From positions 1-57,336 of IMG/VR virus record IMGVR_UViG_3300045120_000351: 57,336 nucleotides of DNA. One strand, 5' to 3'. The notes under the pieces were generated by a model. That model was given only the letters and a program-made list of their open reading frames with translations, did no database searches and had not been told where the DNA came from. Positions 36,648-46,500 of this stretch are shown in pieces (position 1 is the stretch's first letter; every line of letters starts with the position of its first letter). Both the position numbers and the translations under genes were made by a program. Source of the stretch: a virus (Duplodnaviria > Caudoviricetes).

Positions 36648-37090
36648 TTAGGCAGCACTCGAGCCGACAGGACCGTGTTGGCGTAGGTGCCGGAGACGAT
36701 CACCATCAATCGGAGCCGATCGCCGAGGACGTGGCAGACCAAGCCGTCGGGCAGCACGTCATTGCCAGTAGAGTCCACACCGCCGGCGCTGGGATCCACC
36801 ACCGCCGTGGTGCCGCCGTAGAGCTCGAAGACGACCGTGCGCGCCGCCCCGGCAAAAGACACCTGGGCGACATCGAAGGCCGGCGTGTCGTCGCCCAGCG
36901 CCGTCTGCAGCAGGGCTTTGACGCTGCCGCCGTTGCTTGAGCCCCACAGGAAACGGAGCTCCACCGCCACTTGCTGCATTCCGGCCAGGCCGGTCGTCCA
37001 AACGCCGGTGAACGTGCCGGGCCCGGCGATGACAAAGTCGGCGTCCCCGCCCTCGGGCTGGAGCGCGAAGACCTGGGAAGCCTGGAGCAT
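36644..37090 (-). CDS. hypothetical virion protein
   Basis: Beta-rich ORF in the neck region; LGDRLRL...GTYANT. Confidence 0.6.
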   Translation of the reverse strand: MLQASQVFALQPEGGDADFVIAGPGTFTGVWTTGLAGMQQVAVELRFLWGSSNGGSVKALLQTALGDDTPAFDVAQVSFAGAARTVVFELYGGTTAVVDPSAGGVDSTGNDVLPDGLVCHVLGDRLRLMVIVSGTYANTVLSARVLPK

Positions 37091-37102
37091 CGTTGCCTCG
37101 GA

Positions 37103-37294
37103 TCAGTGGAGAGGGCGCAGGATCGATGCGCAGCAGCTGACGATCATCCGCGAGACCACGGTCTCGAGGCGGTATTGCTGGTCGGAGCAGTCGGGACAGA
37201 TCCTGCCGAGCTTCAGCACAACCGCCGGCTCCGGCTCGCAGGACTCGCAGTGGATGACGACGCGGTCACCCGGGGACAGAAGCTTCGCGGTCAC
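37103..37294 (-). CDS. small Cys-rich protein
   Basis: CESC...CPDC; GTGA coupling. Confidence 0.45.
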   Translation of the reverse strand: MTAKLLSPGDRVVIHCESCEPEPAVVLKLGRICPDCSDQQYRLETVVSRMIVSCCASILRPLH

Positions 37295-37953
37295 AGCCGC
37301 ATTTCCCGGTAAGGCTCGAGCAGTGCTGCGGCCGCCGGGACGATCGCCGCGCTCTCGCCGGCCATGGGCACCATGTAGGTCGTGGTCAGCACGTTGGGCA
37401 CGGACTCGGAGCGGATCGATCGATCGCGCGTGCCGGTCGATTTGTGGTGCTGCAGCTGGATGAGCGCCGCCTGCTCGAGGTCGGGCGGCACGTCTTCGCC
37501 CGGCGTGTAGCCGCCGGTGTATTGCACCACGACGGTGCTCGGATATGGCAACCAGTAGTAGCCCGGGTAATCAAACCACGGGATCCAGCAATACTGCACC
37601 TCGTCCCACCGCCGCAGCAGTCCGGCCTCCGCATCGAGGTGCCACTGGTCCGGCGTCATCACCACGTCGTTCCACACCACCGACAGGATCTCGACGTTCG
37701 GATAGAGCACCAGCAACAGGTCGGATCGCACGCCGGCCGAATGCCCGACGGTGGTGGTGAAGGTTTGCTGCAGCGTCTCCTTGATCAGCCTACGACCGCA
37801 GTAGCGCTCGATCGCCGCCGACTCAGCCGTGATCCAGCGCTTCAGGCGTGCATCGTACGACCCACCCGTGATGCCGAGCTCCTCCTTCGCGATGTCGAGC
37901 GTCGTCAGATCCCGGCTCGTGGCCTTGGTGATGACGTCGGTCACCGAGCGCAT
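37291..37953 (-). CDS. head-tail connector (gp6-like adaptor)
   Basis: LTTLDIAKEELGI...IERYCGR...VVQYTGGY...PPDLEQA...LLEPYR. Confidence 0.85.
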   Translation of the reverse strand: MRSVTDVITKATSRDLTTLDIAKEELGITGGSYDARLKRWITAESAAIERYCGRRLIKETLQQTFTTTVGHSAGVRSDLLLVLYPNVEILSVVWNDVVMTPDQWHLDAEAGLLRRWDEVQYCWIPWFDYPGYYWLPYPSTVVVQYTGGYTPGEDVPPDLEQAALIQLQHHKSTGTRDRSIRSESVPNVLTTTYMVPMAGESAAIVPAAAALLEPYREMRL

Positions 37954-38663
37954 TATGGAGCCCTGGCGAAAGCGAAGCTCGCGATGCCCTCGCGGCCGAT
38001 CCGCGTTTCCGCCTCGTTATGCTCGAGCGCCTGCCAGCCCAGCGTGGCCATGATCTTGAGGAAGCCGTACGCTGAGAAATACCAAAAGTGCTCGTCCTCT
38101 CGATAATGCCGGGAGGACAGCACCTCGTGTGGTCCGGTGAACACCGGCAGAGACACAAACACGCGGGCCGTGACGCGAGCCAGGAGCTTATCGAACTCGG
38201 CAATGTGCTCGAGGACATCCCACAGCGACACAGCCTCCACAGGCTCTCTGTAGGGGTCGCAGAAGAGCTCCTTGTCTTTCAGCCAGTACACGCCGCACGG
38301 GTTGATGTCGTAGCCCTTGGTGTTTGGCCTGGCGGAGACGAAGGCGCCGGAGCCGATGCCGACATCGACCAGTGGACCTTGCCAGTGCCGCTCGACGAGC
38401 TCGAGGCGCGCCTGCGTGATGCGCCGGCCCATGTCGGTGGCTTGGTAGCCCATGTATTTGGCGAAGTAGCGGACGTCGTAGGGCGCCTGCGGATCCTCGA
38501 CCGGGAAGTAGCCGACGCCGAGATCGGGAAACCAGGTCAGCCGTTTGCGGCCGAGGCACTGGAAGAGTGTGGGTCGGGTAATCGCATCCGCCGCCTCCAG
38601 CGATTCCATTGCTGCAGTAAATCTGGAATGCGCCGAGCGCAGCGATGTTTCATGTCCAAGCAT
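37953..38663 (-). CDS. class I SAM-dependent methyltransferase (start may be about 38609)
   Basis: LVDVGIGSGAF, GYDINP, SLWDVLEHI, EHFWYFS motifs. Confidence 0.85.
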   Translation of the reverse strand: MLGHETSLRSAHSRFTAAMESLEAADAITRPTLFQCLGRKRLTWFPDLGVGYFPVEDPQAPYDVRYFAKYMGYQATDMGRRITQARLELVERHWQGPLVDVGIGSGAFVSARPNTKGYDINPCGVYWLKDKELFCDPYREPVEAVSLWDVLEHIAEFDKLLARVTARVFVSLPVFTGPHEVLSSRHYREDEHFWYFSAYGFLKIMATLGWQALEHNEAETRIGREGIASFAFARAP

Positions 38664-39517
38664 CTGCAGAACCTTTCGGGCATCGCGAAGCCAATGCGCT
38701 CGGTGTTCATTCGCGGGTCGAGCAGTCGCTCGGGAGCATTCATGCCGCCATTACCGCCGAGGACCACGAACGTCGGCGTCTGCAGGGCGACTGCGGCGGG
38801 GACGATCCAGCCGACACCTCCGACGACGATGGCCGCGTCTCGCACGCTCGCCATTAGTTGGCGGATCGATAGTTCGCCGTGGGTCAGCGCCAGGTTGTGC
38901 GGCGGCACCGGGCCATCGATCCATTCGGCACCGTGCTTTTCATCGCACAGCACGATGACCGCGTAGCCGCGTTGCTTGAGATCGGCCGCGATCTCGCAGA
39001 CGTATTCCGGCAGCGGGTTGCGCGCCTCGTTGTCCCATTCCGTCCGGCGCATCACCGGGCGGATGATCGCCATCGGCGCGCCGAGTGTGTCGAACGGGCA
39101 GGGGCCCATGTCTGGTAGATCCCACGCCGGTGTGGAGACTATGTGCGTGCGCGGGAGCTTCCGCTCCATGATCGCCGCGACGTTGCTCGTAGGGAGTTCC
39201 AGCGCGCCATACCCCAACGCCACCGTTTCAGCGTTGCCTGGAGGTTGATGCCACTGCGTGTTCTGTTGCCGCGCCAAGTTGCGCAATTGCGTGCGAAGCT
39301 GTTTGTGGCCGCGCACTAGCCACACGGGTAAGTCCGTGTAGAACTCCGGCCAAGGTGTTTCGAGGAAGATCTCCCGCTCTGCAGCCTGGGCTGCGATGAA
39401 TGGGCGGGCATACAGTGAGTCCCCAATCCCCCATGGACTTTTGATGAAAAGAGGTCGGGCGTTATCGACGCCGTTTGCCGACAGGCTTCGGGCCATGATT
39501 GACAGGCTTCGGGTCAT
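38537..39517 (-). CDS. GT-B glycosyltransferase, GT9 (heptosyltransferase)-like
   Basis: WGIGDSLYARP N-terminal motif; LSIRQLMASVRDAAIVVGGVGWIVPAAVALQTPTFVVLGG C-terminal motif. Confidence 0.75.
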   Translation of the reverse strand: MTRSLSIMARSLSANGVDNARPLFIKSPWGIGDSLYARPFIAAQAAEREIFLETPWPEFYTDLPVWLVRGHKQLRTQLRNLARQQNTQWHQPPGNAETVALGYGALELPTSNVAAIMERKLPRTHIVSTPAWDLPDMGPCPFDTLGAPMAIIRPVMRRTEWDNEARNPLPEYVCEIAADLKQRGYAVIVLCDEKHGAEWIDGPVPPHNLALTHGELSIRQLMASVRDAAIVVGGVGWIVPAAVALQTPTFVVLGGNGGMNAPERLLDPRMNTERIGFAMPERFCRCLDMKHRCARRIPDLLQQWNRWRRRMRLPDPHSSSASAANG

Positions 39518-39794
39518 GATTGGGCTTCGCCTTTGGCTGTGGCGGCACCGGTGGCGGCGGTTGCTGTTTCGCCTCCGGTGGCGGCACTGACATCCTTGCC
39601 GTTTCCGCTAGCGACTGCAGTGGCGGCGGATCTGCCACGACCTTGATCTTCTCGTTGTCGTCCAGCACCGGCACAGCCAGGCCGGCGAGCTCAAGCTCAG
39701 TGGCGCGATGGCCGTGAGCTTGAAACCGCTGACCTGGCTCCACCACGCCCTCATGGTCGTAGTTGATCCAAGGCTTGAGGGCTTCCATCAGCAT
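39462..39794 (-). CDS. small capsid-adjacent protein with Pro/Lys-rich tail
   Basis: Directly after the capsid gene; ELELAGLA motif; 21-bp tandem repeat at 39480-39521. Confidence 0.65.
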   Translation of the reverse strand: MLMEALKPWINYDHEGVVEPGQRFQAHGHRATELELAGLAVPVLDDNEKIKVVADPPPLQSLAETARMSVPPPEAKQQPPPPVPPQPKAKPNHDPKPVNHGPKPVGKRRR

Positions 39795-39815
39795 CTCAGT
39801 ATACCCTAACTATGG

Positions 39816-41012
39816 TTATGGTATATTCCCGTAGATAAAGGCCGCGGGACGGTATACTGCCAATGCTAATCTCTCTTCACCTCGTATAGTTACCATGTTC
39901 CTAGTAAAGTCATCCATATTCTCTGTCGATATTAGTATCTCTATTGACAGTCGGTCGAAGATCTGCGCGCCCAACTGGAAGGCTCCGGTCAGGAACTTGC
40001 CGGCTTGCATGGCTTGGGTGTCGACGACCGGCAGGTTCCAAAGCCGCTTGCCCAACACACCGGTTGGATCCCCGACAATGTATCTGCCCTGCGTGTCTTT
40101 CGTCAGTTCGATGCGACCCCAATCGGTAGGATGCAGCACGTAGCCGCTCGCCGGGTAGAGCGCGAGCGTCGCCTGCAGTGATGCCAACCGCAGGGTATCG
40201 ATCGCAGTCGGCAGCGCTGGTGTGAAGGCGGCACTGTAGGCAGTGGCTTGCGGAATAATTCCTGCCAGATGCTGGCCGGTCCCGTCCCCGTAGAGCAGTT
40301 CTGCCTCTTCCACGAATTGCAGCCCGTAAGTCAAGCGACCGTCAATGACGCTCCTCAGTTGAGGCGCGTCGTCCATGATCTGTCTCGATGCTTTCATAAA
40401 GTGAGCAATAGTTCGCACCGGGACCGACTTTAAGTCAAACGTGATGTTTGACTGTGGCTTGAGTTGCCCTTCCGACACCACTGCAGCGCCGGTGACGTTT
40501 GGATCATCGGTCTCAACCGCGTACTCGATTGCGTTTGAGCTCGTGGTCCCCGGCGTGATCAGGTTTCGGACGACCATCTGCCGCATCGGGGGCGTAACCA
40601 TACCCACGCGATCGGCAACCACCAGCGACGTCGATGGCGAGCGGCCCGCACCCCATGTCGGATTGCCCGACGTGATGTCCTTGAGTTCGATCGACATCCT
40701 GGCTTGGCCGTTCTTCTGCACCATCAGGTTCTTCACGCCTTCGTTCTCGAGCACGAGGTCGCCAAGGGACTTCAACTCGGCGTTGGGATCGGTGTGTCCC
40801 CGCACCATCTTCTGCTCGATGCCGGTAAGACGCTCACTGATCGTGTTCATGTCCGTCAGCGCCTTGTCGGCCTTTGCCTTGGTTTCCTCAGTGGCGGCGC
40901 CAAGGTTTTTGATCTCGGTGGCGTGCGTCTCACCGATCTTCATGACGTCTTCGGTCGCCTTCTTGAGGTCGACAACAAGCTTCTTGAGTTCTACTTCTGG
41001 GTCATCTGCCAT
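39816..41012 (-). CDS. major capsid protein, HK97 fold
   Basis: Coiled-coil delta domain; SEGQLKPQS, IAHFMKASRQIMDDAPQL, GDGTGQHLAGI, EERLALAVYRPAAF. Confidence 0.96.
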   Translation of the reverse strand: MADDPEVELKKLVVDLKKATEDVMKIGETHATEIKNLGAATEETKAKADKALTDMNTISERLTGIEQKMVRGHTDPNAELKSLGDLVLENEGVKNLMVQKNGQARMSIELKDITSGNPTWGAGRSPSTSLVVADRVGMVTPPMRQMVVRNLITPGTTSSNAIEYAVETDDPNVTGAAVVSEGQLKPQSNITFDLKSVPVRTIAHFMKASRQIMDDAPQLRSVIDGRLTYGLQFVEEAELLYGDGTGQHLAGIIPQATAYSAAFTPALPTAIDTLRLASLQATLALYPASGYVLHPTDWGRIELTKDTQGRYIVGDPTGVLGKRLWNLPVVDTQAMQAGKFLTGAFQLGAQIFDRLSIEILISTENMDDFTRNMVTIRGEERLALAVYRPAAFIYGNIP

Positions 41013-41016
41013 CGGA

Positions 41017-41922
41017 TTAACCTTTGCTGGTGAGAGATGACACGATCAGGGACAGCTCCTTGAGTGTCGCTGCGCGTGCTTCCGCTTCCGCCTTCTTCTC
41101 AACAGCCTCATCCCGAGGCGCCTTGAATCCCGTGACCTCGGCGATGGTCTCGGACTGCGAACGTGAGAGCTTGAAGCTCACCCGGAGCCAGGCTTCCAGT
41201 TCGCGAAGTGTGGTGGGCGCGGACAGCGTCGTGCCAGGCGGGACGTCCACGCCTGTCAGCGCTCGATGCGCGTCCATGAGATGCCCCAGTAGCTCCAGGC
41301 GTTGCTCGCCGGTGGGGCTGTTGGTGCCGGCCAGAGTCGTATGATGCAGGCGTATGCAGGCCGCCAGCGCCTCGATGCATGCCGGCGCATTGATGACGTT
41401 CTGGAGGGCGGAATTCATCTGCAGCACCTGGGCCTGCTTGTTGGCAGGATCCCTCACGATATCGACGGAGTGCAGCACCAGGTTGTTGATCGTGCGCCGA
41501 GGCTCGCCAGCCGTCTTGGAGCGGACATCGCCGCCCTCCGGCACGTTGAAGGCTATGGAGAGTGCCTTGACCGCTCCATCCAGCATCAGCGCTCGAATGC
41601 GCTTGCCGTAGTCAGTATCGAGGGCACTCAGCTTGCCTCGGACAAACAGACCCTTTGAGTCCTCCGACATCTGTTGCCATACGCCGACGGGCAGCAGGTC
41701 GCCGCCAAGCTGGTAGGGCGAATGCTCGATATACATGCCGGGCATCGTCCCGGCCGCCTCATGTGCCGCCAGCGTCTCTTTGAATGCGCCGGCGCTGATG
41801 ACATGGCCGTAGGAGTCTTCATTGCCTGTCGCGGCGCCATAGCCAGAGAACACGCCGGCCGTACCACCGTCGCCGTCGAATTTGAGCTCGACCGGCATAG
41901 CTAGGAATTCGGGCACCAGCAT
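41017..41922 (-). CDS. prohead maturation protease, HK97 family
   Basis: FSGYGA...DSYGHVISAGAF...EDSKGLFVRG...LSIAF...VDIVRDPAN. Confidence 0.9.
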   Translation of the reverse strand: MLVPEFLAMPVELKFDGDGGTAGVFSGYGAATGNEDSYGHVISAGAFKETLAAHEAAGTMPGMYIEHSPYQLGGDLLPVGVWQQMSEDSKGLFVRGKLSALDTDYGKRIRALMLDGAVKALSIAFNVPEGGDVRSKTAGEPRRTINNLVLHSVDIVRDPANKQAQVLQMNSALQNVINAPACIEALAACIRLHHTTLAGTNSPTGEQRLELLGHLMDAHRALTGVDVPPGTTLSAPTTLRELEAWLRVSFKLSRSQSETIAEVTGFKAPRDEAVEKKAEAEARAATLKELSLIVSSLTSKG

Positions 41923-41932
41923 CTGATATCTC

Positions 41933-43219
41933 CTAATCTGCCGGCGGTTGCTGACCGGACGGCTCCGGTGACGGCTTGAAGCCTGGCGCGAGCGGCTGGA
42001 GCATGCGCAGCATCGCCTCCTTGCCGAGCATCTCGATGGGTATGAGGTTGGTCTGCACAGTCAGGTCGTCGCCGCCAGGCAGCGGCTCGACGTTGTCCAG
42101 CGCGCGGAGCTCGTTGCGGGTTCTCAGCCCATGATCGGCCATGGCTGTCATCAGTGCAGCACGGCCGGCGCTATCCGCGCGCAGCAACGCGTCGACGTTG
42201 AATTCGGCATAATAGGTGTTTCTCTCGCCTGGCCGCAGCAGGTCTTTCCTGATTGACTGCTCAATCGACTTCAGTATTGGTCGCAATGTATACGTGAGAA
42301 ACCACAGGTTCATCTGTTCTAACCCTGTTCCCCACGCCGTGCTTTTCTCCATATGACCTATCATTACTGGCTGCACACCAAACCAGCGGCAAACTTCTTC
42401 TACGGAAAACCCGCGCGACGCCAACAGCTGCGCATCCTCGGGCTTCATCGAGATGGCTTCGACCGTGACTCCCCCTTCTAACAAAGCCCAGCCGCCGGTG
42501 TTGATTCCGCCTACCAGCCTCTCGGATGTCTCAGCCTCGAAGCGCTTGCGCTTGTCCTCCGGCAGGTATTTGTCCGACTTGAAGACCATGGATGGCCGGA
42601 GACCGTTTCGGAAGAAACTTGCGGCACTCTTGTCGGCCGCCATCGCAATGCCGAGCGTCTCGCGCGCGTGCCCGACGATCGACATTCCGTTCCAGCCGTC
42701 GAGCGAGAAGCCCTTGATGTGCATCACCTCGTTTTCGGCCAGGGTTTTGATCACGCCATTGAATGAGTAGGTGTAGGTGATCGAGCGATCGTCGTTGCGC
42801 TTTGCAGTAAGGCGATCCGGCATCATCGGCTCGAGCGCGACGATGCGGGCGCCAATGCGCTGGATCCAGATGAAGGCATTACCCCACAGCAGGATGCAGG
42901 CGATCGTCGCTTCCCAGAAGGTGACGGCTGTCATCTCCGCATTCGCCTGGTCGTGCAGCAACACGTAGAGCGGATGATCGCGCGCGATGGTGCCTCGGCC
43001 TTGCGTGTCGGACAAATAAATGTGGCAGGGCAGCGTGGCGATCGTGCTGGCGATCAGCCTGGCGCACGCGAACACCGTGCCAATTTGCAGCGCGGTCCTG
43101 GGCGAGACGACTTCACCCGAATATGTCGGGCCTCCTCCTAACCATGAGATCAAGCGATTGTCCGTTAGCCCAAGGCCGCGCGCGATGGTGCTGACAGCCT
43201 TTGTGAGCAGTCCCGCCAT
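41933..43219 (-). CDS. portal protein, HK97 family
   Basis: VFACARLIASTIATLP, LLWGNAF, EVMHIKGFSLDG, EVCRWFGVQP, TRNELRALDN. Confidence 0.96.
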   Translation of the reverse strand: MAGLLTKAVSTIARGLGLTDNRLISWLGGGPTYSGEVVSPRTALQIGTVFACARLIASTIATLPCHIYLSDTQGRGTIARDHPLYVLLHDQANAEMTAVTFWEATIACILLWGNAFIWIQRIGARIVALEPMMPDRLTAKRNDDRSITYTYSFNGVIKTLAENEVMHIKGFSLDGWNGMSIVGHARETLGIAMAADKSAASFFRNGLRPSMVFKSDKYLPEDKRKRFEAETSERLVGGINTGGWALLEGGVTVEAISMKPEDAQLLASRGFSVEEVCRWFGVQPVMIGHMEKSTAWGTGLEQMNLWFLTYTLRPILKSIEQSIRKDLLRPGERNTYYAEFNVDALLRADSAGRAALMTAMADHGLRTRNELRALDNVEPLPGGDDLTVQTNLIPIEMLGKEAMLRMLQPLAPGFKPSPEPSGQQPPAD

Positions 43220-43281
43220 GCGACGCCTCCCGACCCTGTGCGTATGCCGGCCCGCGCCGGGTCAGGCCTTCGTGGCGCCTC

Positions 43282-43533
43282 TTACTCGACCGCTGCCGTC
43301 GTCGACTGGCTGCTCTTATCCGGCTCACGCAGCGTGCTGGCATGTGCCTGTATCGCGTCGTTTACCTGTCGGCTGATGTCGAGCATGAGCGGATTGACCT
43401 CGATCCAGGGGTTTTTCGCGATGTATTGCGTCACCCGCTCCCAAGTGCCGATCGGCAGCGTGACCATGGCGGGCCATTGCGTGACGTCCTGCGGGGGCTG
43501 CTGCGGCTGTTGCTGCGGCATGTTGGTGTCCAT
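43282..43533 (-). CDS. small protein after the long fibre (possible chaperone)
   Basis: Start MDTNMPQ; IAKNPWIEVNPLM..I..Q. Confidence 0.55.
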   Translation of the reverse strand: MDTNMPQQQPQQPPQDVTQWPAMVTLPIGTWERVTQYIAKNPWIEVNPLMLDISRQVNDAIQAHASTLREPDKSSQSTTAAVE

Positions 43534-43546
43534 TACTTCGATCCTT

Positions 43547-46500
43547 TTAGGTAGGAGAGGTGATCTCCGCGAAGAGATAGTAGGAGCCGTTGTAGTTGAA
43601 GGACGCCGCAGCAGTGACATTTGCCTGGATAATCAGGTCGTGAGTATCCGGCATCGACTGACTGAAGCCACTAAGGTTGTTTGAACTGTTCTGGAGTACG
43701 GTGATGCTTGGAGTGACCCGCATACTCGTCGGCAGAGAAATCGTCGTCGCAAAAGCCATCCCGGCAGTTCCATACCCGGCGTAAAGGAATGACCCTTGTT
43801 GATAGTACCGCTCGCAGAGCGTCTTCTCATCGAGGCGCATTTCCCACTGCGTTGCGACAGTGCCCGGTTCCAGTTGAGGCTTCAGCACGGTTCCGGCCTG
43901 GAACTCGACAATTAGATTAACCGCCGCAGCCAAGCCGGTGACGGTGATGGGGCTGGCAGCATAGGTTCCGGCGTTGATTCTGCCGGTTGCCGTGCCTTGC
44001 CACGAAAGGGTGTAGGTGCCGCCCTCGATTAGAGCGCCTTCGATAATTTGCTGCACCGAACCGGAACTGATGGTGATCGTTGCGGCAGGGTTTGTGACGT
44101 TGAAAGTCCAGCTGTGACCGTTCACGCCACTTCGCCACATATCGAGCGACGAGACGAACGAGTAGCCCGCGCCATTATTAACCGGACTGGGCGATCCTCG
44201 TTGGTTCACCCGGAAGCTGCTGTTGATGAGGCGGTTGCGATTTCCGGCTGATGGTCCACCCCCGCCTGCTGCGCCGGTGACAAATGCCGTGGTCGCGAGT
44301 TGCGTCGTGGCCGTGCCGACGGCAGCAGTTGGCGCAGTGGGTGTTCCTGTCAGTGCTGGCGACGCCAGCGGTGCCTTGAGGTTGTCGGCAGTGGTGACGA
44401 ATGCGGTGGTTGCCAGGGTTGTGCTGCTTGTCCCGGCGACCTGTGTGACGCCGATCGCCCCGGTGGGCAAAGACGGCGCTCCGGTGAACACTGGGCTGGC
44501 AAGGGGTGCATAGGGCGCCAGGAGCGTGGTGAAGCCCGCCCCGCTCACCGCACCGGTTGCTGCCAGCGTCGTGAAAGAGCCTGTGCTGGGCGTCGTGGCG
44601 CCAATGGCGGCTGCGTTGATGCCGGTGGCTGATATCTGAGCCACGTCGATGGCGTTGACGACAAACCAATGCGAGGCGAGGTTCGGCGCGACATGGTTGA
44701 AGCGGTTGCTGGTGACGTTGAAGCCGTAGACCGTGCTGTAGAGCGCAATGTGACTTGAGAGGTCGGTCGTGCCGCCGGCAGCGACCACGTTGCCGAAACT
44801 GATGCCGCCGCCGCCAAAGATCACGCCGCCACTAAGCTGGATCAGTCCCGTGCCAGTGGAGCTAATGACCGTCGTCGCAGTCGGCAGACCGGTCGTGACG
44901 ACTAATGCGTTGCGAGTGCCATCACCAAAGCGAACCGTGGCGCCCGGAAGCAGGTTTTGGGCCGGAAACAGAGCAGCGCCGGTCGACCAAAGCTCCCCGG
45001 CGTAGCTCATCGGGTAGACGTAGCTGTTGCTGCCCGCAGCGAAGATCACATTGAAGCCGCCGGTCGTGCCGTTGCGTAGCACCCAGGACTTGTGCATCGC
45101 GTTGACGGGTATCGTCACCGTGCGATCGGCCGTCAGCGCGCCTGAGACGTTGATGATCCTCGCGTTCGCCTGGGCGGTAGTCATCGTATAATCGGCGTCG
45201 CCAATGTTCGTCGCGACGTAGCCCGCTGCTTCGCGCGCAACGAACTGAACCGTGGCTAGGCTAGTGTCTTCGTCTCCAATCGCCTGTGTGACGCCCACCG
45301 CGCCAGTCGGCAAAGTCACTGTGCCGGTGAAGGTGGGCGAGGCCAGCGGCGCATAGGGCGACAACAGCGTGGTGAAGCCAGCACCAGAGACAACCCCGGT
45401 TGCCGACAACGTGGTGAAAGCGCCTGTGCTTGGCGTCGTGGCGCCGACAGCGGCGCCATTCAGCCCGGTGTTTGAGATCGATGCCGTTCCGCCGACAGCA
45501 AGTATGCCACTGACTAGGCAGTTGTTTGTGACGTTAAGTGCGTAGCCGGCGGCAGTGAATGTGACGCCGCCGGTTATGTTGACGCCGCCAATGAGCGGGA
45601 CGTAGGCAGCGGCAGCGGCCAGGACGAACGCCGTCGTGGCGATTTGCGTCGTGTTCGTGTTGGCGGCAGCAGTTGGCGCTGCAGGTACGCCTGTGAACGT
45701 CGGCCCCGCCAGCAATGCTCCACCGACACCGGTCACATCCGCTGCGGTTAAGACGACCGCGCCAGAGCGCGTATTGAATGCGGTGACGCCTGCGGCGACG
45801 ATATCTGCCGCAGTCACGAACGCGGTGGTTGCGTATTGCGTCGTGTTCGTGCCGGGTGCGGCAGTTGGACCGGAAGGTACCCCTGTGAACGTGGGCGACG
45901 CGAGTGGCGCATAAGGCGCCAGGAGGCTCGTGAAGCCTGCGCCGGAAACCGCACCAGTTGCCGTCAGGGTGGTGAAAGCGCCTGTGCTTGGCGTCGTGGC
46001 GCCCACGGCGGCGGCATTTAGACCCGTGCTGGAGAAGTTGCCGACATCGATCGCGTTGACGACAAAGACATGTGTGGCAGCGGTCGGAACGAGGTAGTTG
46101 AGCCGACTGCTTGGAGAGGCGACGACGTTGAAGCCGTAAAGGCCATTGTAGAGGTTTATATGCCGCGAGAGATCGGTGACGCCGCCAGGAGCGACCTGGG
46201 TGTTAAGGAAAATGCCACGATAGAAGGTGAACAGGCCAGAGGACCGCGTGATGCGAGCGTGGGTGGCGATGAGCGCGCCAGTGTCGCTGTAGGCGTTGAA
46301 ATCGAGGTCGGTCCCTGCGTTGCTGCCATCTTGTGGGGTTGCTGTCAGGTTGCCGCCGACGACCCAATTGAGAATACCGGAAGTGAGTACGCGGAAGCTA
46401 CGCCAAGTCCCGGTCGCTCCATCCGCATAGAAGCCGTTCGCCTGGACATATCCGAGGTCAGCGAGCGTGATGACTGGGTTGGGCGCGGCCTGACCACCAG

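Noticed and set aside
39480-39521. 21-bp tandem duplication as a regulatory repeat
   Set aside because: Encodes NHDPKPV/NHGPKPV in a low-complexity tail; only two copies
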